DNA of 62,337 nucleotides, the filler included. It is 5 parts of 5 records of this genome, joined end to end, with 100 filler letters (N's around TTAATTAATTAA, not from the genome) between each part and the next. Parts side by side here need not be neighbours in the genome. Positions count along the whole stretch, not along the records: positions 49,174 to 62,337 come from DRR723986_4778; 4 more parts are not named here. One strand, 5' to 3'. The number at the start of each line of letters is the position of its first letter. Within the stretch, counting starts at the first letter, position 1. Position numbers and translations under genes: made by a program. Below the pieces are notes generated by a model that saw only the letters and a list, made by a program, of their open reading frames with translations, searched no databases and was not told where the DNA came from. Positions 61,328 to 62,337 of the stretch are shown here, in pieces.

Positions 61328-62335
61328 TCAGGGCTCGAGCGTAAACTCTGACCGATTGTTTACGACGCGAAAATTACCAAGATCCATCGGTTCGCCCTGG
61401 AATTCCAGGGACTCCACCGCGCTCATGGCGCCCACCACAACTCTGAGCGGTGGCTGTCCGCTCACGTCCAGGGCATCGCCCTCTCGGCGTAACGCACTGG
61501 CCAGTCGATTGCCCGCACCATCTGTGACCTGAATCCAGCAGTCGTCACTGAACGTCATGGCCAACCTCACGGTTTCAACCGGGGCCTCCATCACTTCAGA
61601 CTCAGTCAGAGCGGGATCCGGGGATTGCGCAACAACAGGCGGCTGTTCCACCGAAGGCTGCTCTGACAGCAACTCTTCCTGGCCGAGGCTTCCACTCTCG
61701 GTCGGTTCGCTCAGAGCTTCAGTATCCGTCACAGCGCCATTCTCTGTTTCAACGTTTCCGACTGAACTGGTGCCTGAATCCATCTGTTCCGGTTCGGCCG
61801 GCTGTTCAGCCTCTTCGATAACGGAGGGCGCATCTTCCGGTTCAGGACTGGCATCGCTAACGGCCTCGCCACTATGTGCTTCCAGAGACTCCGAGATACC
61901 GTCGGCATTACTTTGAACCGGCTCCGACATCGGTTTTACGAGATAGCTATACGCCAGAAAGCCAACTACCCCGAGGAATGCCAGCAACACAACCAGTTTG
62001 GCAATCTGCCGCTTGCGTTTTTTCTTGCGTTCGATATCAACCAGAGGATTGGACTGGTGCTCCTGCTCCCGCTGCTGACGCAGGGGCTCAAGTTCCGAGT
62101 CGAGCGCTGCAATCAGGGCGTCTGCATTCAGTTGCACCTGGCGGGCATAAGTTCGAACATACCCTTTGAGAAACAACTCGGTATCAACCTTGCTGTAATC
62201 ACCTTCTTCGATGGACTGGATTACCGAAGGGCGCAGGTGTTGCTGATCTGCAATGTCTGAAACGCTGAGCCCGAGCTTTTCCCGGGCGCGCCTTAGCTGC
62301 TGGCCAACCGAGGCCTCGGAAGCTGGCTGTGACTG
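61328..62335 (-). CDS. rodZ: RodZ cytoskeleton protein, 5' end beyond window
   Basis: The frame stays open to the window edge: [27 protein letters not shown], one TM, acidic linker, DCWIQV domain. Upstream of ispG. Confidence 0.9.
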   Translation of the reverse strand, partial: QSQPASEASVGQQLRRAREKLGLSVSDIADQQHLRPSVIQSIEEGDYSKVDTELFLKGYVRTYARQVQLNADALIAALDSELEPLRQQREQEHQSNPLVDIERKKKRKRQIAKLVVLLAFLGVVGFLAYSYLVKPMSEPVQSNADGISESLEAHSGEAVSDASPEPEDAPSVIEEAEQPAEPEQMDSGTSSVGNVETENGAVTDTEALSEPTESGSLGQEELLSEQPSVEQPPVVAQSPDPALTESEVMEAPVETVRLAMTFSDDCWIQVTDGAGNRLASALRREGDALDVSGQPPLRVVVGAMSAVESLEFQGEPMDLGNFRVVNNRSEFTLEP

Positions 62336-62337
62336 CT

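Noticed and set aside
1-62337. CRISPR arrays, rRNA, phage or defence genes
   Set aside because: No spaced direct-repeat arrays or matching motifs were seen by eye.

Overview
The window is not one locus. It is five contigs joined by identical 100-bp artificial spacers (44 N + TTAATTAATTAA + 44 N), so neighbourhoods must not be read across them. (1) 1-23703 is an alphaproteobacterial (Rhodobacteraceae-like) accessory island. It starts with a dif-like XerC/D site, a frameshifted IS110/IS1111 element whose downstream non-coding RNA carries guide segments matching its own insertion site, and a frameshifted ISKra4-family element. Two convergent catabolic modules follow. The first has a yihL/yihM-like pair, an IMPase-family phosphatase and a Na/Pi cotransporter, divergent from a family-5 ABC importer and a PHP phosphoesterase. 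The second is a LysR-controlled operon: ureohydrolase, two SDRs, CE4 amidohydrolase, NitT/TauT ABC transporter and a BetA-like oxidase. An IS3 fragment ends the contig. (2) 23804-36477 holds Rhodobacteraceae core genes: glcDEF, fmt with three def paralogs, patB, a GST, cobC-cbiB, a lytic transglycosylase and the end of smc. (3) 36578-43495 is an L-rhamnose uptake and catabolism locus. (4) 43596-49073 carries ppaC, an outer-membrane barrel, cpdB and pecM. (5) 49174-62337 is a gammaproteobacterial (Marinobacter-like) core region: tRNA-Glu 3' end, a small FNR-box-controlled ccoM-like gene missing from the ORF track, a PAS-GGDEF-EAL protein, ackA-pta and der-bamB-yfgM-hisS-ispG-rodZ. The best candidate for an undescribed system is the yihLM-containing organophosphate-ester module, possibly working with the adjacent guanidino-compound operon. 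Family assignments come from motif recognition and recall, not from database searches.
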